DNA from: Firmicutes bacterium UBA5324
GTDB taxonomy: Bacteria; Bacillota; Negativicutes; UBA11029
DNA length: 56,146 bases
Reading direction: 5' to 3'
Assembly: GCA_002411145.1 (NCBI GenBank)
Contig: DHRA01000025.1
Coordinates: forward strand, 1 to 56,146
This document shows, in pieces, positions 1-10,686 of the stretch (the first letter of the stretch is position 1; the number at the start of each line of letters is the position of its first letter). Below the pieces are notes generated by a model that had not been told where the DNA came from, made no database searches, and saw only the letters and a program-made list of their open reading frames with translations. The translations under genes and the position numbers were made by a program.

Positions 1-94
1 CCTGAAGAGAATAACAAGGTAACACCCACTTATAGAAGTAGGTGTCTTTGAAATTGGATAAAGGAGTCCGAATTCTCCGGAGGAGGCCGGCGGT

Positions 95-586
95 GTGTCA
101 TATCCTGCGTACACCTATATTCACATGCAACAGAGGGAAGCCAATCCATTACTAAAGGACATATTCCGTATTGTGGCCCGGAATGGGCCTGTAATGCGCG
201 AAATTCGCAACACACCTTATCGCAAAAGCATTGAAGTGGAAAAGGTGCTGGCGGAAGAGCTGGGGGTTCTGGGTTTTTTACATTCCGTTACCAACAAGAA
301 GGTGGAGAATCTGTTTCGCGCGGGTGTTAATTTTGAAGTGGATTTTTTTCACCCCGATTTGCAGATAGCCATTGAAATCGAAAAAGGGGAGGTAAATAAT
401 GTCTGGAAAAATGTCATCAAATTTGCCGAGTCTGCGAAAATTCGGCATGGCCTGTTGATGGTGCCGCTTATTCGCCACGAGGGCACCGGCAAGGAAAGCG
501 ACTTTTACCAAAATACCCTGAAAAAGCTGGGCAATATGGAACGGATTTATTCGCTGATAAATAGCCTGGCCATCATTGGCTATTGA
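95..586 (+). CDS. hypothetical protein with PD-(D/E)xK-like nuclease motif
   Basis: 163-aa ORF with a GTG start 8 nt after GGAGGAGG (79-86). The motif VDFFHPDLQIAIEIEKG resembles the D...ExE/K core of restriction-endonuclease-fold proteins. I could not recognise a family by eye. Confidence 0.45.
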   Translation: MSYPAYTYIHMQQREANPLLKDIFRIVARNGPVMREIRNTPYRKSIEVEKVLAEELGVLGFLHSVTNKKVENLFRAGVNFEVDFFHPDLQIAIEIEKGEVNNVWKNVIKFAESAKIRHGLLMVPLIRHEGTGKESDFYQNTLKKLGNMERIYSLINSLAIIGY

Positions 587-845
587 ATTGATTGACGATA
601 AGCGATTGCTGTTTTATAATAAAAGAAGCACCGCCACCTTAAAGATACGATTTGGAAGGCGGATTTCTTGATGCCGGCAGAAAAGTAAAAAGGGGGAGTC
701 CTTGCTTTTTTCGGGAAGAATCTTTATTGGGTGACATAAGTGTAACGGATTTTACTGCTGCCACGGGTCCGGCCCAGCCGGGTTTGCTTACAACTCACAT
801 TGCAGAAATGATCGGGGCACTTCCGCGGGTAGGAAGGATGATAGC

Positions 846-1295
846 ATGAACTTTAAACGACGGATGCGCTATATGTATATAAAAATGAAACGAATGAAGG
901 ATAATCCAAGGAGACTGGCCCGGGGACTTGCTTTGGGGGTATTTCTGAATTTTCTGCCCACTTTCGGCACAGGCTTCTTTATTGCTTTAATTGTCGCCCG
1001 GTTTGTCCGGGCCAACGTAGTCCTCGCCTGCACTGCGTCGCTGGCGACTAAATGGTGTATTCCGATCTTGTACGCGATTAATTTGAAGGTTGGTCAGACT
1101 GTACTGGGGATGCCTTCGGAAACACTGACTACCCTATGGACCAAGGTGGCGGAACTTGACCTATCCGGCCTTTTATCTTTGGGGAAACCATTTATCCTGG
1201 GCAGTGTGCTGAACAGTCTGGTGGTCTCCTATCTATCATATTTCGTATTCATTTCCATCTTTATGGTTCTCAAACGCATGCCTCTAAAAAATTAA
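846..1295 (+). CDS. DUF2062-family membrane protein
   Basis: 149 aa. The segment NPRRLARGLALGVFLNFLPTFGTGFFIAL plus hydrophobic helices is typical of DUF2062. A paralogue lies at 16893-17339. Confidence 0.7.
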   Translation: MNFKRRMRYMYIKMKRMKDNPRRLARGLALGVFLNFLPTFGTGFFIALIVARFVRANVVLACTASLATKWCIPILYAINLKVGQTVLGMPSETLTTLWTKVAELDLSGLLSLGKPFILGSVLNSLVVSYLSYFVFISIFMVLKRMPLKN

Positions 1296-1308
1296 GAAAC
1301 TTAAAAGG

Positions 1309-1342
1309 AACGGTTTCGCATCAGGCGGAACCGTTTTTTTTT
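1309..1342 (+). terminator. rho-independent terminator
   Basis: Stem aacggtttcgc / gcggaaccgtt (one G-U pair), loop atcag, followed by a T9 run directly after the stop at 1295. Confidence 0.7.
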
Positions 1343-1347
1343 GCGTA

Positions 1348-1365
1348 GAATTCAGGAGTCAGAAG
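1348..1365. repeat. family C repeat arm (gaattcaggagtcagaag)
   Basis: Reverse complement of cttctgactcctgaat found at 9688-9705. Confidence 0.5.
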
Positions 1366-1366
1366 T

Positions 1367-1402
1367 AAGGTAGGGTGGGCAATGAATTGCTCACCCTACC
1401 TT
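1367..1402. repeat. family B palindromic repeat (GTAGGGTGGGCA hairpin)
   Basis: The sequence aaggtagggtgggcaatgaattgctcaccctacctt has the same core as the copies at 18468 and 20041. Confidence 0.55.
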
Positions 1403-1505
1403 GCTTGTATCCGTTCTTCCATCCCTCCCCCCTTTGCGTCTTTGCGCCTTGTCGGTTAATCTCTTAAACTTCTGGGTATGCTAAACCGCGAACAGGAGGG
1501 GGAAG

Positions 1506-2291
1506 ATGCTTACGGTAGGGATAGATATCGGCTCCATGACCACGAAAGCCGTGGCGTTTGCCGATGGTAAGATCCGGGGTGCGGCGGTGCTGCCCACGGG
1601 CTGGCAGCCGAAAACCGCCGGCGAGGCGGTTTTCCGGGAAGTACAAAAACAGGCCGGCTGCCCACCCGCCGCGGTACAGTATGTGGTGGGAACGGGATAT
1701 GGCAGGGCGTGTCTGCCTTGTGCCCATGAGGTGGTAACGGAGATAACCTGCCATGCCCGCGGCGCCTATCATATGATTCCGGACACGGAACTGGTCATTG
1801 ATATCGGCGGGCAGGATAGCAAGGTAATTCGCGTGGGCCGGCGGGGCAGAGTTGAGGATTTCGTTATGAATGATAAATGTGCCGCGGGTACGGGCCGCTT
1901 TTTAGATGTAATGGCTACCGCTCTGGGCATGGATGTTGATGAAATGGGCCGCCGGGCAACCGGCGGCGCGGAACCTGCGGGTATTAGCAGCATGTGTACG
2001 GTGTTTGCCGAGTCGGAGGTCATCAGCTTGGTGGCGGCCGGCGCGGAAAAAGCGAGTATCGTCGCCGGCCTGCATCATGCCGTGGCAGAACGCATCGCCG
2101 CTTTGGCCGCAGGATTTCTGCCCGTGGCATGTATTGCCTTTACGGGCGGGGTAGCAAAAAATTTCGGAATCAAAAGAGCGCTGGAACAAATTCTGGGCTG
2201 TCCGCTGCTGCTGCCGGAAGATCCGCAGATAATCGGCGCCCTGGGCGCGGCTATCATCGGCCAGGAACGATTGGACAGACGAAGGATTTAA
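1506..2291 (+). CDS. 2-hydroxyacyl-CoA dehydratase activator (BadF/BadG/BcrA/BcrD-type ATPase, HgdC-like)
   Basis: 261 aa. Contains GIDIGSMTTK, DIGGQDSK, the NDKCAAGTGRFLD cluster-bridging Cys motif and FTGGVAKN. RBS GGAGGGGG lies upstream. Confidence 0.9.
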   Translation: MLTVGIDIGSMTTKAVAFADGKIRGAAVLPTGWQPKTAGEAVFREVQKQAGCPPAAVQYVVGTGYGRACLPCAHEVVTEITCHARGAYHMIPDTELVIDIGGQDSKVIRVGRRGRVEDFVMNDKCAAGTGRFLDVMATALGMDVDEMGRRATGGAEPAGISSMCTVFAESEVISLVAAGAEKASIVAGLHHAVAERIAALAAGFLPVACIAFTGGVAKNFGIKRALEQILGCPLLLPEDPQIIGALGAAIIGQERLDRRRI

Positions 2292-2323
2292 CACAAAGAA
2301 GTCAAGAAGTAAAGGGGCCAATT

Positions 2324-3487
2324 ATGAGCATTATCCAACCATTTCTGGATGCGCAGGAACAGAGAACGCGCGAGCTGGCGGAATTGCGGCGGGCAGGCCG
2401 CAAGGTGATCGGCTTTTTTTGTTTGCACACGCCGGCTGTATTGATCGAAGCGGCGGGCGGGATTCCGGTCAGGCTTTGCCTGCAGGGGGACTCCTTTGTG
2501 CAGCGCCGGGGAGAGGTACTGGGCCGTAGTTGCATCTGCCCTTTTATCAAAGCGTGTCTGGGGCACTTGGAACAGCGCCATCCTCTCTTTGCGCAGGTTG
2601 ACGCCATTGCCGCCGGTAGTATGTGTGACCAGATACGGCACTTGGCGGATATCTGGCGCAGCAGGTTTCACAAACCGGCCTATGTGTTTTTTCAGCCCCG
2701 GGGGCTGGAACAGAGAGCGTCCGGCTGGATTTACCGGCGTGAACTACGCTGGTTGTTCGCAGAATTAGCCGCATTTTGCGGCGGGGATACAAAGGAGCAG
2801 GAATTAAAAGAAATTATTGCGCGGTACAATCTCATCAACTGGTATCTCTCGGTGTTGCATGAACTGAGAGCGGAAGACGTACCCCCGATTACCGGCAAAG
2901 AGTGGCTGGCCGTTGTACGGGCGGGCTTTATGCTGGCAAGCGGGGATTACCTTTGCCTGCTGCGGTCCTTAATTGAGGACATAGCCCGGGGAAAAGGCCG
3001 TTGCCGGGGGACTGCCGTGCGGATTATGCTGGCGGGGGGCATGCTGGCCCAGGGAGATGACCGGCTTGTGCAGACCGTGGAAGAAGGCGGCGCCATGGTC
3101 GTGACTGATGCCCTTTGTACCGGTACCCGGGTTATGGGGAGCAAAATTGCGGTGCAGGGGAACCTTTTAGATAATATTATTGACGCCCACCGGGGCAAGA
3201 CGCCGTGTATTCATGCCCGGCCCAATGACGGGTTATATGCATATATCGACCGGCAACTGAAACAATTCCGGGTGGACGGCGTGATCTATCACGGATTGAA
3301 GTTTTGCGAGGGCTGGGGCAGTGAGTGGGTGCGCATGCAGCAATTTCTAAAAGGGCGGGGGGTACCAAATATCGTGCTTGATACGGACTATGGGGCGATA
3401 GATGCGGGGCAGTTGGCGACGAGAATCGGTGCTTTTCTGGAAATGCTGCGGGCGCAAAAAGAAGGGATGTATGATGGGGTTTTATGA
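2324..3487 (+). CDS. 2-hydroxyacyl-CoA dehydratase family subunit (HgdB/BcrC/BadD-like)
   Basis: I chose the internal ATG at 2324 (MSIIQPFLD...) after AAAGGGG. The upstream part of ORF 1994-3487 overlaps the activator gene and is Arg/Gly-rich junk. Conserved Cys residues are present (CICPFIKAC, MCDQ). Confidence 0.75.
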   Translation: MSIIQPFLDAQEQRTRELAELRRAGRKVIGFFCLHTPAVLIEAAGGIPVRLCLQGDSFVQRRGEVLGRSCICPFIKACLGHLEQRHPLFAQVDAIAAGSMCDQIRHLADIWRSRFHKPAYVFFQPRGLEQRASGWIYRRELRWLFAELAAFCGGDTKEQELKEIIARYNLINWYLSVLHELRAEDVPPITGKEWLAVVRAGFMLASGDYLCLLRSLIEDIARGKGRCRGTAVRIMLAGGMLAQGDDRLVQTVEEGGAMVVTDALCTGTRVMGSKIAVQGNLLDNIIDAHRGKTPCIHARPNDGLYAYIDRQLKQFRVDGVIYHGLKFCEGWGSEWVRMQQFLKGRGVPNIVLDTDYGAIDAGQLATRIGAFLEMLRAQKEGMYDGVL

Positions 3488-4892
3488 GCTGATGACGTAT
3501 CTGGAACCGCGGGCCCGGCGCATCAATGCGCAACAGGCGGAAAGTCTCTATGCTTCTTTGCCACGGGTTGTCCGCTGGGGGTTGAAAAATTTGTATCCCT
3601 ATATTGCGCCGCCGAGTGTGATTGCTGAGCGGGGGTTTCGCGCGCCGCCGGGCATGTATTTTGATAATTCATTGGCGGCGGCCCGCCTGCGCAGCCTGGC
3701 GCTGTGGCAGATTGAGCGGCTTTGGGAAGCGAAGAGGCAGGGCTGTAAGATCATTGGGCTGGCGCAGGATGCGGGCCAGTTATTACCCTTTTTCCTGGCG
3801 GGAAAAAAGCTGGCCTGGTTTTCTTTTGATACGCTGGGCGCTCTTTATGCCGCTACTTCCCGCGAGCGAACCGCCTTTCAGGCGGCGGAACAGGCCGGCG
3901 TACGCCGGGAGAGCTGTCCGGTGATCAAAGCCTGTGTCGGCTTGCTGCATACGGGGCGGATTCCCACCCCGGATTTGATCGTTGCCCAGACGGGCAGTTC
4001 CTGTGATGATCATGCAGTGCAGATGCAATTAAAGGCTTGGCTGGGCTACCCGGTTTACTGGCTGGAGCTGCCTTACCGGCGCAGTTGGCAGCCGTATTTC
4101 TCGGATGAAAAAGCCTATGCAAAAGATAACCGGGATTGCCAGCGGCATGCGCGGGTTTTCTATCAGGCCCAGCTGCGAAACCTGCAAAGCCGGTTGGAGG
4201 AGATCTGCGGAGCAAAATATACGGCGGAAGACCTGCAAGGCGCGCTGCGGAAAATTAACCGGTTTCGTCAGACGCTGCGCCGCCTGTTTCATCGTATTTC
4301 CGTGGCGAAGTTTTGCCCGTGGCCGGCTGTCGATCAGTTGCTGCTTCACGTAGCGGCCATGGATGGTTACGGTGATTTCGAGGAAACGCAGGCTATTGCC
4401 GATTACCTGGAGCGGGTCATTGCCCACCGGGAGCGCAGGGGTATGGGCGTGCTGCCGGGGGAGTTACCAAGTACGCCGCATATCCTCTGGATGCTGCCCG
4501 TTTTGGATATGAACCTCCCCGGCGTTCTGGAAAATGCCGGAGCGCGGGTTACAGGCTGGGAAATGCCCCATTTGGCTGCGTATGATTATGACACGGAAAT
4601 TGCCCCGCTTGCGGCAATGAGTACGGATTACCTGCGTTTTACCTTGTTGGGGGATTGCCGGCTGCGGCTGAAATGGCTCGCGGATTTTCTTGCCCGTTAC
4701 CGGGTGGACGGCATTATTTACAGTGCGTTATGGTCGTGTACGCAAATGCCTTTACAGGCAGGTATTGTAAAAGATTTTCTCAGGAATTATAATATTCCCA
4801 TGTTGATATTGGATTGCGGCAGTCCGGGTGGGCTCGGATCCGGGCAAATGCGTACCCGGATTGAAGCCTTTGCGGAGAATTTGCGTGGTTAA
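3471..4892 (+). CDS. 2-hydroxyacyl-CoA dehydratase family subunit (large, HgdA-like)
   Basis: Start MMGFYELM at 3471 after AAGAAGGG, overlapping the previous gene end. Shows CPVIKAC and SSCDD motifs and the same fold-family signature as the neighbouring gene. Confidence 0.75.
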   Translation: MMGFYELMTYLEPRARRINAQQAESLYASLPRVVRWGLKNLYPYIAPPSVIAERGFRAPPGMYFDNSLAAARLRSLALWQIERLWEAKRQGCKIIGLAQDAGQLLPFFLAGKKLAWFSFDTLGALYAATSRERTAFQAAEQAGVRRESCPVIKACVGLLHTGRIPTPDLIVAQTGSSCDDHAVQMQLKAWLGYPVYWLELPYRRSWQPYFSDEKAYAKDNRDCQRHARVFYQAQLRNLQSRLEEICGAKYTAEDLQGALRKINRFRQTLRRLFHRISVAKFCPWPAVDQLLLHVAAMDGYGDFEETQAIADYLERVIAHRERRGMGVLPGELPSTPHILWMLPVLDMNLPGVLENAGARVTGWEMPHLAAYDYDTEIAPLAAMSTDYLRFTLLGDCRLRLKWLADFLARYRVDGIIYSALWSCTQMPLQAGIVKDFLRNYNIPMLILDCGSPGGLGSGQMRTRIEAFAENLRG

Positions 4893-5076
4893 AAAGGCGT
4901 GTCCGCATATGCGGAGGTTGACCGGCATTTGCCGTTCCTTTGTTCCCGTTTGAGAAAGCATGTCCTTGGGGAAGGGAATTCCTCCGCTCTGGACGGACTC
5001 CAACGCCGTTACCGCAAGCAGGGCTTGCGGTAGGATAAAGGGGCCCGTGATGTTGACTTCCGGAAAGAAGGGTGAT

Positions 5077-5502
5077 ATGTTGAGTGATGTACTTATTACG
5101 CTGACAAGCCGGCAGGTTGACGCGACAGGCGATGTTGGTGAAATGTCCTTCGACACGCTGGGCAAGAGTAGTGAAAAAGCGGGCCGTCATTATATTACAT
5201 ATAAAGAAAGCGCCCTGACAGGCATGGAGGGTACGACAACCCTCTTAAAAATAGAACCCGGGCGGGTTTCCGTTGTTCGCACCGGCAGCATTGAGGCAAA
5301 ACAGGTTTTTGTCGCGGGGGAAAAATATGCTTTTCCTTATATCACTGCCTTCGGCACCTTTGAAATGGTTGTTATCCCGTGGGTGGTGGAAGCCTGCCTG
5401 CAGGAAGGAGAAGGGCGGATAAACCTGGAATATGATTTGGAGATAGACGGCAGGCCAGTCAGCCGGAACAGTTTGGCCATCACAGTGAAAAGAAGGGACT
5501 AA
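5077..5502 (+). CDS. DUF1934 (YwiB-like) beta-barrel protein
   Basis: 141 aa from the ATG at 5077 (RBS GAAAGAAGGGTG). Its position immediately upstream of argS matches B. subtilis ywiB. Confidence 0.65.
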   Translation: MLSDVLITLTSRQVDATGDVGEMSFDTLGKSSEKAGRHYITYKESALTGMEGTTTLLKIEPGRVSVVRTGSIEAKQVFVAGEKYAFPYITAFGTFEMVVIPWVVEACLQEGEGRINLEYDLEIDGRPVSRNSLAITVKRRD

Positions 5503-5535
5503 TCCCTAGCCCCTATATATAAGGAGGATTTTTCC

Positions 5536-7251
5536 ATGGACATGAAAGAGATATTGAGCAAAACCATCGAACAGGCGGTGGCCCAAGCGGTGAAGGTCGG
5601 GGCGTTCTCTGTTGAGGCCGTGCCGGATTTTACGCTGGAGGTGCCTCCGCAGAAGGAATTCGGCGATTACGCGGCAAATGTGGCCATGGTTTTAAGCAGA
5701 CAGGCGAAAAAACCGCCCAGGGTGGTTGCGGACGCAATATTGCAAAACATGGGGAAACCGGAGTGGCTGGAACGGGCCGAAATTGCCGGCCCGGGCTTTC
5801 TCAACTTTTATCTGAAAGCGACCTGGTTATATGATGCTTTGGCCCAGGTGCTCGAGGCCGGCAGCAATTACGGACGGTCGGATATCGGTAACGGGGCAAG
5901 AGTGCAGGTGGAGTTTGTCAGTGCCAATCCTACCGGTCCCCTGCATGTCGGCCATGGCCGGGGAGCGGCCGTGGGCAGCGTGCTTTCTAATATTATGGCG
6001 GCAGCGGGTTTTGCGGTGACCAAGGAATTTTATATCAACGATGCGGGTAATCAAATGGATTGCCTCACCGACTCCGTCATTGCCCGTTATTTGCAGGCTC
6101 TGGCCGCCGGGGGAGAAAAAGCGGGCACGATTGAGTTTCCGGAAAACGGCTATCATGGCCGTGATATTATCGAACTGGCGGAGGATATTCTGGCAAATCA
6201 TATCTCCGGCGAGGAATTTTTGACCCGCGGCGGCAGTTTTGACCCGGCGGCCATACCGGCGGAACTCTATGACGCGTTTAAGGAGTTGGCCCAGCAGGAA
6301 AAGCTGGCCCGCATTAAAAAGGATCTTGCTGATTTCGGCGTTACTTTCGATGTATGGTTCAGTGAGAAGACGTTGCATGAGGGCGGCGCGGTGCTTGGGG
6401 CGGCCCGGGAATTGCAGAGCAAGGGATACATATACGAAAAGGACGGGGCGCTGTGGCTGAAGTCCACTGATTTTGGCGATGATAAAGACCGGGTGGTAAT
6501 CCGTGAAAACGGTGTACCCACCTATTTGGCGGCGGATATTGCCTATCACCGGGATAAGTTTCACCGGGGCTTTAAGCAGGTCATCAACCTGTGGGGGGCG
6601 GATCACCATGGGTATATCGCCAGAATGAAAGCGGCTGTGGGCGCACTGGGTTTCGACCCCGACCGGTTGGAAGTGATTATTTTGCAAATGGTCAGCCTTT
6701 ACCAAAACGGCGAGCAGGTGAAAATGTCGAAACGTACGGGACAAGGAGTCACGCTTAGTGAATTAATCGAGGAAGTCGGGCGTGATGCCGCGCGGTTTTT
6801 CTTTATCATGCGGAGCACGGACAGCCAACTGGATTTTGACCTCGATCTGGCTAAGTCGCAGACCAGTGATAATCCTGTGTATTATATTCAGTACGCGCAT
6901 GCGCGCATTTGCAGCATTTTCCGGCAGGCCAAAGAGGCGGGCGTGGTAATGCCGGCGGTGCGGGACACTGATTTAACGGTACTGGCCCTGCCGGTAGAAA
7001 CGGAGCTTATTAAAAAAATCCTTTCGTTTAAAGAAGAGACGGAGTTAGCTGCGCTGCGCCGTGAGCCGCATCGTATGGCCCGCTACGCCCATGAACTTGC
7101 GGCGCTTTTTCATTCCTTCTATAATCATTGCCGGGTGATGACCGATGATCCGGCGGTGCAAAAAGCCCGGATTATACTGGTGCTTGCCACCCAAATCGTA
7201 CTCCGGAATGTGTTGGGTATTTTGGGTGTCGATGCACCGGAGAAAATGTAG
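5536..7251 (+). CDS. argS: arginine--tRNA ligase
   Basis: 571 aa. Class I HIGH motif (PTGPLHVGHGR), an MSKR-type KMSKS motif (VKMSKRTG) and the anticodon-binding C-terminus. RBS AAGGAGG. Confidence 0.97.
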   Translation: MDMKEILSKTIEQAVAQAVKVGAFSVEAVPDFTLEVPPQKEFGDYAANVAMVLSRQAKKPPRVVADAILQNMGKPEWLERAEIAGPGFLNFYLKATWLYDALAQVLEAGSNYGRSDIGNGARVQVEFVSANPTGPLHVGHGRGAAVGSVLSNIMAAAGFAVTKEFYINDAGNQMDCLTDSVIARYLQALAAGGEKAGTIEFPENGYHGRDIIELAEDILANHISGEEFLTRGGSFDPAAIPAELYDAFKELAQQEKLARIKKDLADFGVTFDVWFSEKTLHEGGAVLGAARELQSKGYIYEKDGALWLKSTDFGDDKDRVVIRENGVPTYLAADIAYHRDKFHRGFKQVINLWGADHHGYIARMKAAVGALGFDPDRLEVIILQMVSLYQNGEQVKMSKRTGQGVTLSELIEEVGRDAARFFFIMRSTDSQLDFDLDLAKSQTSDNPVYYIQYAHARICSIFRQAKEAGVVMPAVRDTDLTVLALPVETELIKKILSFKEETELAALRREPHRMARYAHELAALFHSFYNHCRVMTDDPAVQKARIILVLATQIVLRNVLGILGVDAPEKM

Positions 7252-7257
7252 AAGTGC

Positions 7258-7367
7258 AGGGAATAGGGAATAGAAAATGGGCTTTGCCCATTTTTTTATT
7301 TTATGGGGCCGGCGAAGCCGGCCATTTATCCTACTCCCCACTCCCCTGCTTTTTACGCCTATTCCCG
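7258..7367. repeat. family A hairpin repeat (GGGAATAGGGAAT / CCCACTCCC arms)
   Basis: Left arm agggaatagggaatag (7258-7273). Right arms ctactccccactcccc (7331-7346) and cctattccc (7358-7366). It encloses two small GC hairpins. Confidence 0.6.
7274..7298 (+). terminator. rho-independent terminator of argS
   Basis: aaaatgggc-ttt-gcccatttt followed by a T-run, embedded in the family A element. Confidence 0.7.
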
Positions 7368-7468
7368 AATTTTTGCCCTTTTTTCCTCCTAAATGGAGGA
7401 ATTTGCTATATTGTGGTGAATAGACGAAAAATAAACATTTGGCAAATGTTAGATAGGAGGCATCAACT

Positions 7469-7867
7469 ATGCAGCAAGGCGGAGATGAACTGGCGAGAAT
7501 GAGCGAAGCGGATCTGGCATATCAGGTGCTGAAGCAAAACGGACAGCCAAAATACTACAAGGACTTAATTGTTGATGTACTGACTACAAAGGGGAGAGGT
7601 GTGACGGACCCCCAGGGCACATTAATTTCCGGTGTCTACACGCAAATTACCATGGACAGCAGGTTTGTGCATTTGGGAAAGGGTATCTGGGGATTGGCCG
7701 AGTGGTATCCGCAGCGGGGAATACCCCGTCTGGTGGAAGTCTCTTCTGATGTAAAAGGGAAATCCTCCCTGGAGCGGGACAGGGCGTTACTGGCGGAGAT
7801 TCAGGATACTTACGGGCGTGAGCAGGACGGCTACAGTTTTCCGGAAAAGTTTGAAGAGACGGATTGA
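7469..7867 (+). CDS. rpoE: DNA-directed RNA polymerase delta subunit (HARE-HTH domain)
   Basis: 132 aa with AGGAGG 8 nt upstream. The N-terminal pattern (YKDLIVDVL...GVYTQITMDSRFVHLGKGIWGLAEWYP) matches RpoE delta, and the acidic C-terminus fits. It lies directly upstream of pyrG, as in Bacillus. Confidence 0.8.
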   Translation: MQQGGDELARMSEADLAYQVLKQNGQPKYYKDLIVDVLTTKGRGVTDPQGTLISGVYTQITMDSRFVHLGKGIWGLAEWYPQRGIPRLVEVSSDVKGKSSLERDRALLAEIQDTYGREQDGYSFPEKFEETD

Positions 7868-7892
7868 CCTACGGCGCATAAAAGTATAAAAT
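7864..7892 (+). promoter_or_regulatory. candidate sigma-A promoter for pyrG
   Basis: TTGACC (7864-7869), 17-nt spacer, TAAAAT (7887-7892). A GGG run at 7895-7897 follows the -10 box. Confidence 0.35.
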
Positions 7893-7903
7893 TAGGGACG
7901 TGA

Positions 7904-9553
<1,650 letters not shown>

Positions 9554-9562
9554 CAAGAAAAC

Positions 9563-9596
9563 AGAGACTGTTGGTGCGAACCGGCAGTCTCTTTTA
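9563..9596 (+). terminator. rho-independent terminator of pyrG
   Basis: agagactgttgg ... ccggcagtctct followed by a short TTTT run. Confidence 0.55.
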
Positions 9597-9606
9597 GCAT
9601 AATCAA

Positions 9607-9707
9607 TCAGGCATTCAGAATTCATAGTCAAGGATAATATACTAATCCCAGACTTATTGTTTTTGGGGGTTTTTCATTTTGACTCCTGACTTCTGACTCC
9701 TGAATAC
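9607..9707. repeat. family C hairpin repeat (CTGACTCCTGA units)
   Basis: Left arm caggcattcagaattcatagtcaagg, right arm ttgactcctgacttctgactcctgaatac. The right arm is the reverse complement of 1348-1365. Confidence 0.5.
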
Positions 9708-9733
9708 TAAAAAATAAAGGCAGGTGGCATGTT

Positions 9734-10648
9734 TTGCGAAAGGTTATTGTGGGGGTACTGCTGGCTGTATGTTTGGCCGCGTTCATCTATGGTATTACAA
9801 GGAATACGAAAAACGAAGCCCATCAATATTCTTCCGGGGGGAAAGTCGGGGTTATTTATCTGGAAGGCCCCATCGTCGGCGGAAGGGGCTCAGGCGGGCT
9901 GTGGGGAGACCCGGTGGGGACCGATGCCCTCATCCGGCATATTCGGAAAGCCCGGGAGGATAGCGACGTCAAGGCCGTCGTATTACGCATGAATACGCCG
10001 GGCGGCAGCGCCGCGGCTTCCCAGGAAGTCGCGGCGGAAATCGAACGGTTGCAAAAGGCGGGAAAAGTGGTTGTGACCTCCATGGGAGATGTGGCGGCGT
10101 CCGGCGGATACTGGATTGCGGCCGGTACGGACCGTATCGTCGCTAATCCTGCTACGACAACGGGCAGTATCGGGGTAATTTGGTCTGTAACCAATATGCA
10201 GGAACTATTCCGTAAAGTTGGTGTGGCACAGGATACGATCAAGAGCGGTCCCTATAAAGATATCGGCTCACCGGCCCGACCCATGACGCCTGAGGAAAAG
10301 GCGCTGCTGCAGGGCATGATTGATGATATTTACGGGCAATTTGTCGCCGTAGTGGCTAAGGGCCGGAAGATGGATGAACAAAAAGTGCGCAGCCTGGCCG
10401 ACGGGCGGATTTATACGGGGCGTCAGGCTAAGGAACTGGGCCTGGTGGATGAATTGGGCGATATGTATGATGCCATAAGTATGGCGGCGGAAATGGCGGG
10501 CCTGAATAAGGAGCACCCGGTGATTAAGGAATACGGGCGTACAAGTCCTCTGGAGAGACTCCTCGGTGATCAACGGACAGGGACGCAACTGGGAAAGCTG
10601 AACTGGTCCGCTGTGCTGCCGGAAATTTTACCTGACATCATATATTAG
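9734..10648 (+). CDS. sppA: signal peptide peptidase SppA (36K type)
   Basis: 304 aa with a TTG start and an N-terminal TM helix. ClpP/crotonase-like motifs are present: LRMNTPGGSAAAS, MGDVAASGGYWIA, GSIGV. Confidence 0.9.
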   Translation: MRKVIVGVLLAVCLAAFIYGITRNTKNEAHQYSSGGKVGVIYLEGPIVGGRGSGGLWGDPVGTDALIRHIRKAREDSDVKAVVLRMNTPGGSAAASQEVAAEIERLQKAGKVVVTSMGDVAASGGYWIAAGTDRIVANPATTTGSIGVIWSVTNMQELFRKVGVAQDTIKSGPYKDIGSPARPMTPEEKALLQGMIDDIYGQFVAVVAKGRKMDEQKVRSLADGRIYTGRQAKELGLVDELGDMYDAISMAAEMAGLNKEHPVIKEYGRTSPLERLLGDQRTGTQLGKLNWSAVLPEILPDIIY

Positions 10649-10686
10649 GGGAAATGCTGGGGCTAAATTGCAAAGGAGGCTTTGTA

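Noticed and set aside
652-849. 65-aa + strand ORF
   Set aside because: It has no RBS, no recognisable features and lies in the spacer before the DUF2062 gene. It is likely non-coding.
1994-2323. N-terminal 110 codons of ORF 1994-3487
   Set aside because: This part overlaps the 3' half of the activator gene in another frame and translates to Arg/Gly-rich junk. A good RBS plus ATG at 2324 gives a normal dehydratase N-terminus.
5503-5535. T-box leader for argS
   Set aside because: Only 33 nt separate DUF1934 and argS, which leaves no room for a T-box. argS appears co-transcribed with the upstream gene.
5827-6744. 305-aa minus-strand ORF
   Set aside because: It is fully antisense to argS, which has unambiguous class I synthetase motifs. 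It has an Arg/Gly/Pro-rich shadow-ORF composition and no RBS.
7254-7502. 82-aa ORF across the argS-rpoE spacer (similar cases at 19990-20235 and 20527-20748)
   Set aside because: These ORFs are read straight through the family A/F hairpin repeats and terminators. Their composition is dictated by the repeat units, and they have no RBS.
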